This document shows positions 1-7,919 of a stretch of 24,130 nt of DNA, piece by piece. Position 1 is the first letter of the stretch. Each line of letters opens with the position of its first letter. Origin of the DNA: a virus (lineage: Duplodnaviria; Caudoviricetes). The stretch is taken from the IMG/VR virus record IMGVR_UViG_3300044723_008815, positions 1-24,130 of that record, one strand, 5' to 3'. A program made the translations under genes and the position numbers. The notes under the pieces were generated by a model. The model worked only from the letters and a program-made list of their open reading frames with translations, made no database searches and had not been told where the DNA came from.

Positions 1-1
1 T

Positions 2-151
2 TTCTATACTACAAATTATCAGTTACTACAAAACTTTCATTATTCGTTGAATGATCTAGATTGTATGATACCATGGGAGAGGGAGATTTATTTGGCAATG
101 CTAATTAATGAGTTGAAAGAAAAAGAACAACAAATGAACTCTAGAGGATAA
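2..151 (+). CDS. gp51: Baseplate hub assembly catalyst gp51-like, C-terminal part (5' truncated by window)
   Basis: Manual translation FYTTNYQLLQNFHYSLNDLDCMIPWEREIYLAMLINELKEKEQQMNSRG*. The HYSL..MIPWERE(I)Y motif is typical of T4-like gp51. Not in the ORF track. Confidence 0.8.
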   Translation, partial: FYTTNYQLLQNFHYSLNDLDCMIPWEREIYLAMLINELKEKEQQMNSRG

Positions 152-152
152 C

Positions 153-1742
153 ATGGCTGAACGTACATTATCTGATCTTAGTACAGAACTAGAAGCGGCG
201 AATAAATCGTTAGACGAACAGGTCATAGGACAGGAACGTTTGATCGAAGCTGTCGAAGATCTGGCCGCATTGCAACGTAGAAATCTAGATGACCTTGAGT
301 CTGAGAGAGAAGATCGCGGTGAATCGACGGCACCTATAACTAAAGGGCCACGTGGATCAGGTGGATCAGGCGATGGATTTAGTTTACCATCTATTGGTTT
401 AGGTGGTGCTGGACTTGTTGGTGCAGCGTCTGCAATCGGAACTGGTTTAGTAAAGAAGGGTTTACCCGCAGCAATTGCAGTGACTATGGCTGATGAAATC
501 GGTGATTACGTAACTAGTAGTACTGGTAATCAAGAACTCGGCTCAGCTGTTGAAAGAGGTTTGGTTGCTGGTGGTATCGGATCCTTATTCGGCAAGAGAA
601 TAGGTGTAGTTGCGGGTCTAGTCGGTGCGGCGTTAACAAAAGAAAATCAAGAAAAGTTAAAAGAGTTAGGTAAAAATCTAGAACCACATGTGCAGAAGCT
701 CAAACAAAATGTTGAAGGATTGGTGGGTAAACTACCAACAACAGAAGAGGTATTAACGGGTGTTGAAAAAACATTTGGTAATGCACTCACTGGTTTAAAC
801 CAACTAGTGACTGGTGATTTTAGTGGTCTTACTAAAAACCTTGATGACTTGGCTCTATCGGCTGCAGGTATATTTGCACTATTAGCTCCAAAGTCTGCAT
901 TGAATCTTGGTATTAAAGGTGTTACAGCAGCAGCAGGATTAGCTGCCGCACCTTTAGGTGGTAAACCAAAAGCAACTCCAACTGGACAAAAGGTTGCACC
1001 AAAAGGCACAGCATATTCAAAGGCTGGAAACTTAATGAAAGCAGGTGTTGATGGTAAAGCTACTTCTATACCAGCAGATGCTAAAACAGTTTCGAAATTT
1101 CCTAAGCTCGGAAAGGCATTGAAATTTGTAAGAGGTATTCCTGGATTAGGTGCAGCATTAGCTGTTGGTGAATTAGCAAGCATGAATCCTATTACAGTTG
1201 ATGGATTAGCCGGTGTATTCGGTGGACTAGGTGGATCAACTCTAGGTGCACTCGCTGGAGGTATTGTAGGTTCGGTAGTTCCAGGACCGGGTAATTTAGT
1301 TGGATCTATATTGGGTGGCGGCGCTGGTTTCTTCTTAGGTGATTCAATAGCAAAAGGTTTAGCACAGTTTTTACTTGATAAAAAGGTAGATGCATTTCCT
1401 GATTGGACAGGAATTAATGACATATTGAATGGTCAAACTGCATCTGCTACATCACCTACAACTCCGGTCACACCACCTACTGGTGTTGATGGAGGATTAG
1501 CATCTGCGGTTGCAAGTGCATCACCTACCACAATGGCACCACCATCACGTACCGATGGTGCATCTGTTGCTCAATCTGTAAATCAATTTGAGATGAATAA
1601 ACAAGCAGCTAGTAATCCAATTGTAAATGCACCACAAACTACTATTAATCAAGGTACATCTCAGACTACATTAGCAGGAAACGGCGTGAACCCATTTGAT
1701 CCACGCCGTCCCAATCTTGTAGGTTTACCTACTTCTTTCTAG
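153..1742 (+). CDS. Putative baseplate hub / tail length determinator (gp29-like)
   Basis: 529 aa directly after gp51, with N-terminal coiled coil, Gly/Ala-rich tape-measure-like middle and P/T/N-rich C-terminus. The call is mostly positional. Confidence 0.5.
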   Translation: MAERTLSDLSTELEAANKSLDEQVIGQERLIEAVEDLAALQRRNLDDLESEREDRGESTAPITKGPRGSGGSGDGFSLPSIGLGGAGLVGAASAIGTGLVKKGLPAAIAVTMADEIGDYVTSSTGNQELGSAVERGLVAGGIGSLFGKRIGVVAGLVGAALTKENQEKLKELGKNLEPHVQKLKQNVEGLVGKLPTTEEVLTGVEKTFGNALTGLNQLVTGDFSGLTKNLDDLALSAAGIFALLAPKSALNLGIKGVTAAAGLAAAPLGGKPKATPTGQKVAPKGTAYSKAGNLMKAGVDGKATSIPADAKTVSKFPKLGKALKFVRGIPGLGAALAVGELASMNPITVDGLAGVFGGLGGSTLGALAGGIVGSVVPGPGNLVGSILGGGAGFFLGDSIAKGLAQFLLDKKVDAFPDWTGINDILNGQTASATSPTTPVTPPTGVDGGLASAVASASPTTMAPPSRTDGASVAQSVNQFEMNKQAASNPIVNAPQTTINQGTSQTTLAGNGVNPFDPRRPNLVGLPTSF

Positions 1743-2650
1743 TCGTCGTTTGCCAACTTTGCAAAGTATGACATAGTGTCATCGTCATCATCAAGATTAA
1801 CTTGCTCTGCAGTAATTGGTTCTGCAACTTTATACTCTGGCTGAGGAGCTGGAGTATTCATTTGCATTTCTTGTTGCATCGATGGTGCACCCATAGATAC
1901 TTCCTCACCTAAGACTCGTGCCAGTTTGGCTTTCAATTCATCATAGGTCTTATAGTTCTTAGGATCAGTAAACTCACTGAGGTTGTGTAGTGAATTATAT
2001 ACCGACTCTAGTTTTGCTTCATCACCACCATGCAATGTTGATGGAGAAGCAAATTCAGATTTATCATAGTTGCGGTAACCCTCAACCTGACGAATCTTCA
2101 ATTTAAAGTCTGCACCTTCCCAAAAGTCAAATGGATTGATTGGCTTTTCATCTGCAAAGGTTGGTTGCATTACATCCATAATCTTATCAAAGATTTTCTT
2201 ACCGAACTTATAAAGTACAACACGGCCAACATTATTCGGTGCAGAAGGATCTTCTACAACCAGTGCATTGACTACGTAGTGTAGTCTACGCTTTTGTTTA
2301 CGTGCAGTTTCTTTATCTTCTTCATGGCCGGAATTCCAGAGACGTGAGTTGAGTTCGCCAACAGGATCAGGTTGACCAATAGATGTAAGGCTGTTTTCGA
2401 TATACCATAGACCGGTTGGCCCTTTGAATCCATGGTCCCAATATCTGACCCATGGTAAGTCCGTGCCTTCTGTTGCTGGTAAGAATCTGAGGACGGCATA
2501 TCCATTCCCTGCTTTATCGACTGTAGGTTTCCAAATTCGTTCATCATCATAATTTTTCTTTTCACCACCAGCTGAGCCTGCTGCTTCTGCTGCTTGAACG
2601 AGCTTAGAAATATCGGTGCCGCGATTGCGTTTTAGTGCTTCAAATGACAT
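1739..2650 (-). CDS. gp32: Single-stranded DNA-binding protein gp32
   Basis: DERIWKPTVDKAGNGYAVLRFLPA, WYIENSLTSIG, YKFGKKIFDKI, PFDFWEGADFKLKIRQVEGYRNYDKSEF and acidic tail DDDDDTMSYFAKLA. Confidence 0.97.
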   Translation of the reverse strand: MSFEALKRNRGTDISKLVQAAEAAGSAGGEKKNYDDERIWKPTVDKAGNGYAVLRFLPATEGTDLPWVRYWDHGFKGPTGLWYIENSLTSIGQPDPVGELNSRLWNSGHEEDKETARKQKRRLHYVVNALVVEDPSAPNNVGRVVLYKFGKKIFDKIMDVMQPTFADEKPINPFDFWEGADFKLKIRQVEGYRNYDKSEFASPSTLHGGDEAKLESVYNSLHNLSEFTDPKNYKTYDELKAKLARVLGEEVSMGAPSMQQEMQMNTPAPQPEYKVAEPITAEQVNLDDDDDTMSYFAKLANDD

Positions 2651-2685
2651 TAGTATGTTCCTTATATTTGCTGAAGTATGTTTGT

Positions 2686-2714
2686 ATTATATCACAGTAT
2701 AGCTGTAATGTAAA
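2686..2714 (-). promoter_or_regulatory. Early (sigma70-type) promoter of gp32
   Basis: Minus strand TTTACA-17nt-TATAAT with TGTGA extended -10. Confidence 0.7.
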
Positions 2715-2716
2715 AT

Positions 2717-2724
2717 TATTTATA
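2717..2724 (-). promoter_or_regulatory. T4-type late promoter TATAAATA upstream of gp32
   Basis: Exact TATAAATA on the minus strand in the gp33-gp32 intergenic region. Confidence 0.7.
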
Positions 2725-2730
2725 TTTATT

Positions 2731-2973
2731 TCACTCAAAAAATGCTGAGTCAAGAGAGTTAGTACTAGGTAGGAAGTTAAGACCCATGGCCTCAGCTTCT
2801 ATCTTTCCTTTAATAATTGGTGAGACAAAACGATTGACATCTTCTAATTCAATATCATTCTTCTCACACAAATGAATGACAGCATCCATATAACTTATCT
2901 TTAAGTCGGACACTGTTGCTTCAATCATTTTAGTAAATCGGTTTTTATTTAAGAATTGAATTTCCTCTGCCAT
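2731..2973 (-). CDS. gp33: Late promoter transcription co-activator gp33
   Basis: 80 aa, F..MIE..V....ISYMDAVIHLCEKNDIE.EDV..FVSPIIKGKIEAEAMGLNFLP, located upstream of gp32. Confidence 0.93.
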   Translation of the reverse strand: MAEEIQFLNKNRFTKMIEATVSDLKISYMDAVIHLCEKNDIELEDVNRFVSPIIKGKIEAEAMGLNFLPSTNSLDSAFFE

Positions 2974-4094
2974 TACCTATCCATTACTCGAAGTAAGATT
3001 GTATCTGCATTGAGTCTACCATTAGGTGTTATAGTCTTGGTAGTTAGATTACCCCATACCACATCAATTTGCTTTGGAGTTCTGTTCAATACCTCAGGCA
3101 GAAACTCATTTGGTTTCCTAAGCTTAGTTGATCTACTATTGACTTTATCAAAGTTCTTAATAGATGTACCTGAGATCTCAAAACCCTTTGTATCTTGAGT
3201 TATATATTCCGTTACAACACGAGTCTTTGTGTTAAACGTGAAGAGCCGAATACCACCGACCACTTTGATCGGCGGTATCGACACAAGCTTGAATTCAGTA
3301 TCTTCTTTCTTGTACTGAACTCGAGCCACTTGTTTATCTGCAGCTTTAGGTTGCTTAACTCGCGTTACACGAGTTGCTTTAGCTGCAGAACGGATACGAT
3401 CACAATCTTCCAACATTGATTGACAAGCTTTGATCCTCCGATTGAGTTCTGGTCTTTTCAAATGTGAATAACCTTCCACAGCATCTGGACAACGCTTATG
3501 GTAGGCATCTTCATAATCAAGTAACCAGCCCTCAATAACTTGTCTTACCGGTGCAACTGCACTACCAGCAAGACCATGTCTTTTAAATTCTTGATATAAA
3601 TTCAATTCAGCTTTTTCACCATCCATCCATGCATCTTCAAGTGAAAGCAAATCTTGCATGATTGTGTTGCTGATTTTATTTTGCAATCTTTGTTGTGGTG
3701 TAAGAGATACAACATTAGCCGAGTCTTTCAACTTGGCTTGCTTTTCATAATATAATTCTTTACCACTTTCAATTAAGCCAACGGTGTACTTATATAAACC
3801 TTCGGCATACTTACTAGACTTTTCATCATGTGTAAGACCAGAGTTAATCCAGAATGCAGTAGCACAATAGTGTGTATAACCATAGAACTTATAGTCAGAA
3901 TTTGCAAGAACAAACTTCTGGTTTTTCTTGTCAACATTTGCTTTGACATAAGTCTTAAATGTATTCACGAGATCCTTACGATCGATCTCCATATGGAAGT
4001 AATACTTTACTGCATCAAATCCTTTATCAATCGGTGCACCGGATAAACCAGTACGAGCTCTTGATTTCATTTTACGTTTACGTGCTGCTGCCAT
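2973..4094 (-). CDS. Hypothetical protein (373 aa), early
   Basis: Long ORF with AGAGGAGG RBS, preceded by an early promoter, with a TAATG overlap onto gp33. Confidence 0.85.
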   Translation of the reverse strand: MAAARKRKMKSRARTGLSGAPIDKGFDAVKYYFHMEIDRKDLVNTFKTYVKANVDKKNQKFVLANSDYKFYGYTHYCATAFWINSGLTHDEKSSKYAEGLYKYTVGLIESGKELYYEKQAKLKDSANVVSLTPQQRLQNKISNTIMQDLLSLEDAWMDGEKAELNLYQEFKRHGLAGSAVAPVRQVIEGWLLDYEDAYHKRCPDAVEGYSHLKRPELNRRIKACQSMLEDCDRIRSAAKATRVTRVKQPKAADKQVARVQYKKEDTEFKLVSIPPIKVVGGIRLFTFNTKTRVVTEYITQDTKGFEISGTSIKNFDKVNSRSTKLRKPNEFLPEVLNRTPKQIDVVWGNLTTKTITPNGRLNADTILLRVMDR

Positions 4095-4100
4095 GAGAAC

Positions 4101-4166
4101 CTCCTCTTTTTTTACTCTCTATATATTCTACCACAGTTTTACGAAAATGTACATACGTAAAATGCA
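4101..4166 (-). promoter_or_regulatory. Early promoter + RBS module
   Basis: TGCATTTT-N5-TGTACA-17nt-(TGTGG)TAGAAT followed by AAAAAAAGAGGAG RBS. Confidence 0.8.
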
Positions 4167-4517
4167 TTATCGACGCATACTTGCAATTTCTTTTGCAGCA
4201 TTACTATCTTTTCGTACAGGTACCATGTTGGATTTATGGAGTGTACCGATACCAGCAATCTCATCACCGGTATATTGATTAGCTTTACGCTTACCTTCTA
4301 CACGCATGATAAGATCACTGGTTGGTACAGTCTCGGCCACGGTATAATCAGGCAGGTCAGCGCGCCTGTTTTTTACATTACCTTTATCGTAACCAAGAGA
4401 CCGGAGGAGCTTTGCTGTTTCAGCCTCGGCTTGAATGACAGCTGCGGTCTTTTTACGTGCTTTACGCTTGGAACGAGTATTTAAGGTAGTCATACCACGG
4501 ACGAGATGCATAGTCAT
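4167..4517 (-). CDS. Conserved-looking T4-like hypothetical protein, early
   Basis: 116 aa, basic, C-terminal YTGDEIAGIGTLHKSNMVPV motif. AAGGAG RBS and its own promoter. Confidence 0.8.
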   Translation of the reverse strand: MTMHLVRGMTTLNTRSKRKARKKTAAVIQAEAETAKLLRSLGYDKGNVKNRRADLPDYTVAETVPTSDLIMRVEGKRKANQYTGDEIAGIGTLHKSNMVPVRKDSNAAKEIASMRR

Positions 4518-4523
4518 AATAAG

Positions 4524-4575
4524 CTCCTTTTCAATTTACTAGTATATTCTACCATAGTTTCAAAGAAAAGTAAAC
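4524..4575 (-). promoter_or_regulatory. Early promoter + RBS module
   Basis: GTTTACT-17nt-(TATGG)TAGAAT, then AAAAGGAG. Confidence 0.8.
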
Positions 4576-4577
4576 CG

Positions 4578-5354
4578 TTAATATTGATTTAAGCGATCTT
4601 TTCCTTTGTCACCAGTAAAATGAATAAAGGAATCATTTGACTTATCGTTAGGATGTTTATCCCATTCTTGGTCATTGAACTTTACGGGTAGTTCTGTAAC
4701 ATGAATTTTGTTAAGAACACATTGTACGTTCAAATAACATTGATCTTCTTTTTGAAACTTGTGTCCATTAGTCAGACCAAACTTTATACTATAATAATCA
4801 TGCATATCTTCAAAAGTTTGCCGTGCCTTCTCTCGTCCACTGGGTGTCCATAGTACTACCCCACTATTTATGAACTGATCGAGAAAAGGATACGTTGTAG
4901 ACTTATTCCATTTCAACCAACCATAATGTTCTCTTATAGCATCATGTGCTTCTGTCTCATAATTAAACCAACCATCCTTAAATGTTTGATTCTTTTTGGC
5001 AATATACTCTATTAGGTCTTGTGGCAATTCAGTAATGTGTCTATCCATTACACCACCTACATGCTTTACATCATATTCAAATATGTTATCCTTTGACCTT
5101 GAGAGAACGTCGCAATCTACAAAGAGAATGGTATCATACACATCAAGTGACTCGTCGTACACGGCACGTAATGACTCGTAAAATGGGCTAGGTCCAAATA
5201 CAGTCGGTGTCTCATACCACATATGTTTTGCACCAACATAGTCTGCATAATCCATAAAGCTTTGTCTAGATTTCAAAGCCCATGTTGGTACATTTTTAGT
5301 TGTGTACTTTTTACCATTACCCGTCATGTAGTATTGAATAATCAGATTCTTCAC
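4578..5354 (-). CDS. GT-A fold glycosyltransferase (GT8/GT34-like), paralog of operon GTs
   Basis: MKNLIIQYY start (GTG), FVDCDVL DxD, INSGVVLW, EDQCYLN, KFN, FIHFTG. Confidence 0.75.
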   Translation of the reverse strand: MKNLIIQYYMTGNGKKYTTKNVPTWALKSRQSFMDYADYVGAKHMWYETPTVFGPSPFYESLRAVYDESLDVYDTILFVDCDVLSRSKDNIFEYDVKHVGGVMDRHITELPQDLIEYIAKKNQTFKDGWFNYETEAHDAIREHYGWLKWNKSTTYPFLDQFINSGVVLWTPSGREKARQTFEDMHDYYSIKFGLTNGHKFQKEDQCYLNVQCVLNKIHVTELPVKFNDQEWDKHPNDKSNDSFIHFTGDKGKDRLNQY

Positions 5355-5514
5355 TATAGTGACCTTTTCTTTGCATCTGTTTCACACGACCTTCAAGGTA
5401 TTTAATAATCGGTTTTAATTGAGTCCACTCAGGATCGTTTTCAGTATACAGAGCTTTGATTTTACGAACCTCACCATCAAACACACGGCATGCCATGATA
5501 CGGTCAGATGACAT
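5317..5514 (-). CDS. Hypothetical protein (~65 aa; start revised from 5661)
   Basis: MSSDRIMACRVFDGEVRK... The ATG at 5514 follows GGAG and the stop of the lipoprotein gene. Confidence 0.6.
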   Translation of the reverse strand: MSSDRIMACRVFDGEVRKIKALYTENDPEWTQLKPIIKYLEGRVKQMQRKGHYSEESDYSILHDG

Positions 5515-5515
5515 A

Positions 5516-6169
5516 TTACTCCACTGTGCCATTCTCAACACCGTTAATTGCATCAACAATAACTTGAGCTTCAGCAAGTTCATCTGCCTTTTGAGCTTGT
5601 ACATTATCATCGAGTTCTTTAAAAGCTTTTGTTTCACGAAGTTTATCAAGCAAGAACTCATTTTGTTGAATACGTGTTTTGATTACAGCATTAGCTGTAG
5701 AGTTTTTGTATTCAAGTAAAACGTATGCACGGTATTGTGTACCATTCTGCACGATCTGTTGTTCCTTTACTTCATAACCTGCAACATCGGCATCTGCAAT
5801 GAGATTACGAGTTACTTGCTCGAAGTTATTTTGAACACGAGAATCAAAATCGGTGGAACCGAGTTTTGTCTTAAAGACTTTCATCTGTGAACGAATTCGG
5901 CTATCTACACGATCAGCTAATGTTGTCTTAGCAGATAGAACAGCAATGTCTACAGATAGTTGTAGATCTGGTGTTACTGCCGTACCGACAGCATATACAG
6001 CATCATCTTTTTTTGGAATGTTTGTATACCAATTAGGCATTTCATCGATTTGATCTTCAACCTGAGCTTTCTGATACTCATACAATTCTTTTTGTGCTAC
6101 CACTTCAGGTGGTGTCTTATCACATGCAGCTACCAACACTGCGAGTGGAACTAAAGCTAACCTTTTCAT
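5516..6169 (-). CDS. Lipoprotein, LPP20-like
   Basis: MKRLALVPLAVLVAAC lipobox, then MPNWY..P....VYAVGTAV.PDLQL..D.A...AK..LA as seen in LPP20-type lipoproteins. Confidence 0.7.
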   Translation of the reverse strand: MKRLALVPLAVLVAACDKTPPEVVAQKELYEYQKAQVEDQIDEMPNWYTNIPKKDDAVYAVGTAVTPDLQLSVDIAVLSAKTTLADRVDSRIRSQMKVFKTKLGSTDFDSRVQNNFEQVTRNLIADADVAGYEVKEQQIVQNGTQYRAYVLLEYKNSTANAVIKTRIQQNEFLLDKLRETKAFKELDDNVQAQKADELAEAQVIVDAINGVENGTVE

Positions 6170-6170
6170 A

Positions 6171-6296
6171 TTATACTCCATTTAATGCTGAAACAATATT
6201 ATCTCTTAAACCAGAAGATACAAACCAATTCAAGACTTCAGGTTTATAAACTACCAGTGCAACACCACTGATAACACCTAATACATAACGAATCAT
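6171..6296 (-). CDS. Small membrane protein (41 aa)
   Basis: Manual translation MIRYVLGVISGVALVVYKPEVLNWFVSSGLRDNIVSALNGV*. AGGAG RBS and TAATG coupling. Below the ORF-track cut-off. Confidence 0.65.
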   Translation of the reverse strand: MIRYVLGVISGVALVVYKPEVLNWFVSSGLRDNIVSALNGV

Positions 6297-6580
6297 TAGA
6301 ACACTCCTATACTGACCAATGTACTAAATAGGTGACTTACTCCTTGATTTTCTTCTTCCACTCCGAACAGGAAGTCACCTAAAGACCTGTTCTTTGCTGG
6401 AATTTCTTTTTCTACAATGATTACTTCTGGAGGTGGTGAATTTGTACAGTCGTACCTTTCGATTGCTTCAACTGTTGTACCATCCGTGTAATGTATTTGC
6501 TTACTGTAGAAACAATCTTTAGCATATGCATTAGTTCCAATCATTGTCATGACTGACAGTATCGCGATACCTTTCACCAT
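6296..6580 (-). CDS. Putative exported protein (94 aa; start revised from 6730)
   Basis: MVKGIAILSVMTMIGTNAYA signal-peptide-like (AYA cleavage), two Cys, GGAG RBS. Confidence 0.6.
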   Translation of the reverse strand: MVKGIAILSVMTMIGTNAYAKDCFYSKQIHYTDGTTVEAIERYDCTNSPPPEVIIVEKEIPAKNRSLGDFLFGVEEENQGVSHLFSTLVSIGVF

Positions 6581-6779
6581 AATACTTCTCCGCATATTGT
6601 GGAGCATCTGTCCACGCATTAATATTATCACCATCATACTTACGGTCCATAAAGGATGTTTCAGTACGCCGTACCTTACGTGACTTACCGATTTTTTTGT
6701 TAAACCGATCGGCAGCTTTTTTAATAGCACGTAAACGTTGTTCGGTAGTCATACCTTTTTTAATAATCAACTTAGACAT
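6531..6779 (-). CDS. Basic hypothetical protein (82 aa; start revised from 6950)
   Basis: MSKLIIKKGMTTEQRLRAIKK..., GGAG RBS, overlaps the upstream stop. Confidence 0.65.
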   Translation of the reverse strand: MSKLIIKKGMTTEQRLRAIKKAADRFNKKIGKSRKVRRTETSFMDRKYDGDNINAWTDAPQYAEKYYGERYRDTVSHDNDWN

Positions 6780-6978
6780 ATTCGCTCCAATATTCATTCC
6801 AAAGTTCTTCAACAAATTCCAATTGTTCATTGGCAGACATGTATGCAATGTCATTCCAACACTTATCTCTTGTAAGTGCCATGTGAAGTTCAGTAATATG
6901 TTCACATCCACCGATTCTGAGACTGACAGAATTGATGAACTGTTCTTCACAATCCATTACGTAACTAGACATTCCCAT
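6772..6978 (-). CDS. Hypothetical protein (68 aa)
   Basis: GAGGAG RBS and TAATG coupling to the upstream ORF. Confidence 0.7.
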   Translation of the reverse strand: MGMSSYVMDCEEQFINSVSLRIGGCEHITELHMALTRDKCWNDIAYMSANEQLEFVEELWNEYWSEYV

Positions 6979-7124
6979 TATGCACGCTCCTCAACAGAAA
7001 ACTTTTCAACGCCGCCATCGGCAAGGATAGTTTCAATAACAGTAGTCAAACCATCTTTAGTATGACGAGTGGTTTCCCACTTATCGCCGTTTTTCATGGT
7101 AGCAGTGATAACAAACTTTTTCAT
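6978..7124 (-). CDS. Hypothetical protein (48 aa), early
   Basis: Manual translation MKKFVITATMKNGDKWETTRHTKDGLTTVIETILADGGVEKFSVEERA*. First gene after an early promoter, with AGAGGAG RBS. Confidence 0.75.
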   Translation of the reverse strand: MKKFVITATMKNGDKWETTRHTKDGLTTVIETILADGGVEKFSVEERA

Positions 7125-7130
7125 AATGAA

Positions 7131-7196
7131 CTCCTCTTTTTTTCATTCTGTATATATTCTACCACAGTTTCGCAGAAAAGTAAAGGACAAAATGCA
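7131..7196 (-). promoter_or_regulatory. Early promoter + RBS module
   Basis: TGCATTTT-N4-TTTACT-17nt-(TGTGG)TAGAAT followed by AAAAAAAGAGGAG. Confidence 0.8.
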
Positions 7197-7460
7197 CTAA
7201 GATCGATAAATTTTTAATAATTTTTCTTCGAACTCCTCAACCTTCTCTACACGATTAGGCCAAAGAATGTATTCTTTTTCGGGATTTTTCTTCAGGTTAT
7301 TCAATAGGGGGACTATTGAGTTGTATAATCTATCAAGCTTTTCCTGAGTGACGTTAGCTGTAGTAGCTACTGTCTCAGCTTGACGAGCGGCATCCTGCAC
7401 AGCCTTGAGTTCTGACTCATCAACTGCAGTGAAACCAAAATCAAAGAAATCATCAGACAC
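7197..7460 (-). CDS. Conserved-looking T4-like hypothetical protein (start GTG 7460 or ATG 7466)
   Basis: SDDFFDFGFTAVDESEL...LYNSIVPLLNNLKKNPEKEYILWPNR. AAGGAG RBS. Confidence 0.75.
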   Translation of the reverse strand: MSDDFFDFGFTAVDESELKAVQDAARQAETVATTANVTQEKLDRLYNSIVPLLNNLKKNPEKEYILWPNRVEKVEEFEEKLLKIYRS

Positions 7461-7596
7461 GACCATCTCTCCTTTGATACATGTATTGGACAAAAAATAA
7501 CCAACCGATTAACGCCCAAAATAAATTGTACAAAATACCTTGTGATATTACGAAGGCAAACATTGATACAATAATATGGTCATACCATTTAAGCAT
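7453..7596 (-). CDS. Small membrane protein (47 aa)
   Basis: Manual translation MLKWYDHIIVSMFAFVISQGILYNLFWALIGWLFFVQYMYQRRDGRV*. Hydrophobic and overlaps the next start. Confidence 0.65.
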   Translation of the reverse strand: MLKWYDHIIVSMFAFVISQGILYNLFWALIGWLFFVQYMYQRRDGRV

Positions 7597-7611
7597 TTTT
7601 TATCCCTAAAT

Positions 7612-7650
7612 GGCAGGAAAAGAGCGAAAGGACAATTCTCTTTTCCTGCC
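7612..7650. repeat. Perfect 13-bp inverted repeat (hairpin; possible terminator or processing site)
   Basis: GGCAGGAAAAGAG-13nt-CTCTTTTCCTGCC. Confidence 0.85.
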
Positions 7651-7746
7651 TTATTAAGCAGAGCCTGGTTATAGATCCAGGATGCATTCTCCTTTGTGTT
7701 GACAGACTAACCGTTGATCTGTACGAGTCTATTAAGCGACCAACCT
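7612..7746 (-). ncRNA. Candidate late small RNA ending in a 13-bp hairpin
   Basis: Non-coding segment right after TATAAATA. Stems ACAGAU/GUCUGU and CCUGG/CCAGG (closed by GCA/UGC), plus a perfect 13-bp stem 7612-7624/7638-7650. Confidence 0.45.
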
Positions 7747-7751
7747 ATTAG

Positions 7752-7759
7752 TATTTATA
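7752..7759 (-). promoter_or_regulatory. T4-type late promoter TATAAATA
   Basis: Exact TATAAATA immediately after the CCA of tRNA-Gly. Confidence 0.7.
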
Positions 7760-7833
7760 TGGAGCGGGTACCCGGAATCGAACCGAGGTCTTTGGCTTGG
7801 AAGGCGATTGTAATACCATTATACTATACCCGC
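7760..7833 (-). tRNA. tRNA-Gly(TCC)
   Basis: GCGGGTA/TACCCGC acceptor stem, CT-TCC-AA loop, GGTTCGATTCC T arm, encoded CCA. The anticodon stem has two mismatches. Confidence 0.9.
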
Positions 7834-7838
7834 ATTAT

Positions 7839-7915
7839 TGGCGATTCCGGGAAGACTCGAACTCCCAACCTGCTGATTAGAAGTCAGCTGCTCTATCCAG
7901 TTGAGCTACGGAACC
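7839..7915 (-). tRNA. tRNA-Arg(TCT)
   Basis: GGTTCCG..TAGCTCAACTGGATAGAGC, GCTGA-CT-TCT-AA-TCAGC, GTTCGAG T loop, encoded CCA, 77 nt. Confidence 0.95.
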
Positions 7916-7919
7916 AAAA

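Noticed and set aside
647-1423. 258-aa minus-strand ORF
   Set aside because: Antisense shadow of the Gly/Ala-rich + strand gene 153..1742. Its Pro/Ala/Asn composition mirrors GGT/GCA codons, and there is no RBS.
2272-2568. Alternative-frame minus ORFs nested in genes (2272..2568, 8900..9124, 15562..15786)
   Set aside because: Fully nested out of frame in conserved genes, with no independent start signals.
2956-4484. Plus-strand ORFs (2956..3198, 3195..3419, 3828..4046, 4093..4278, 4236..4484) and similar + ORFs throughout 5-24 kb
   Set aside because: All lie antisense to well-supported minus-strand genes and lack an RBS or recognisable motifs.
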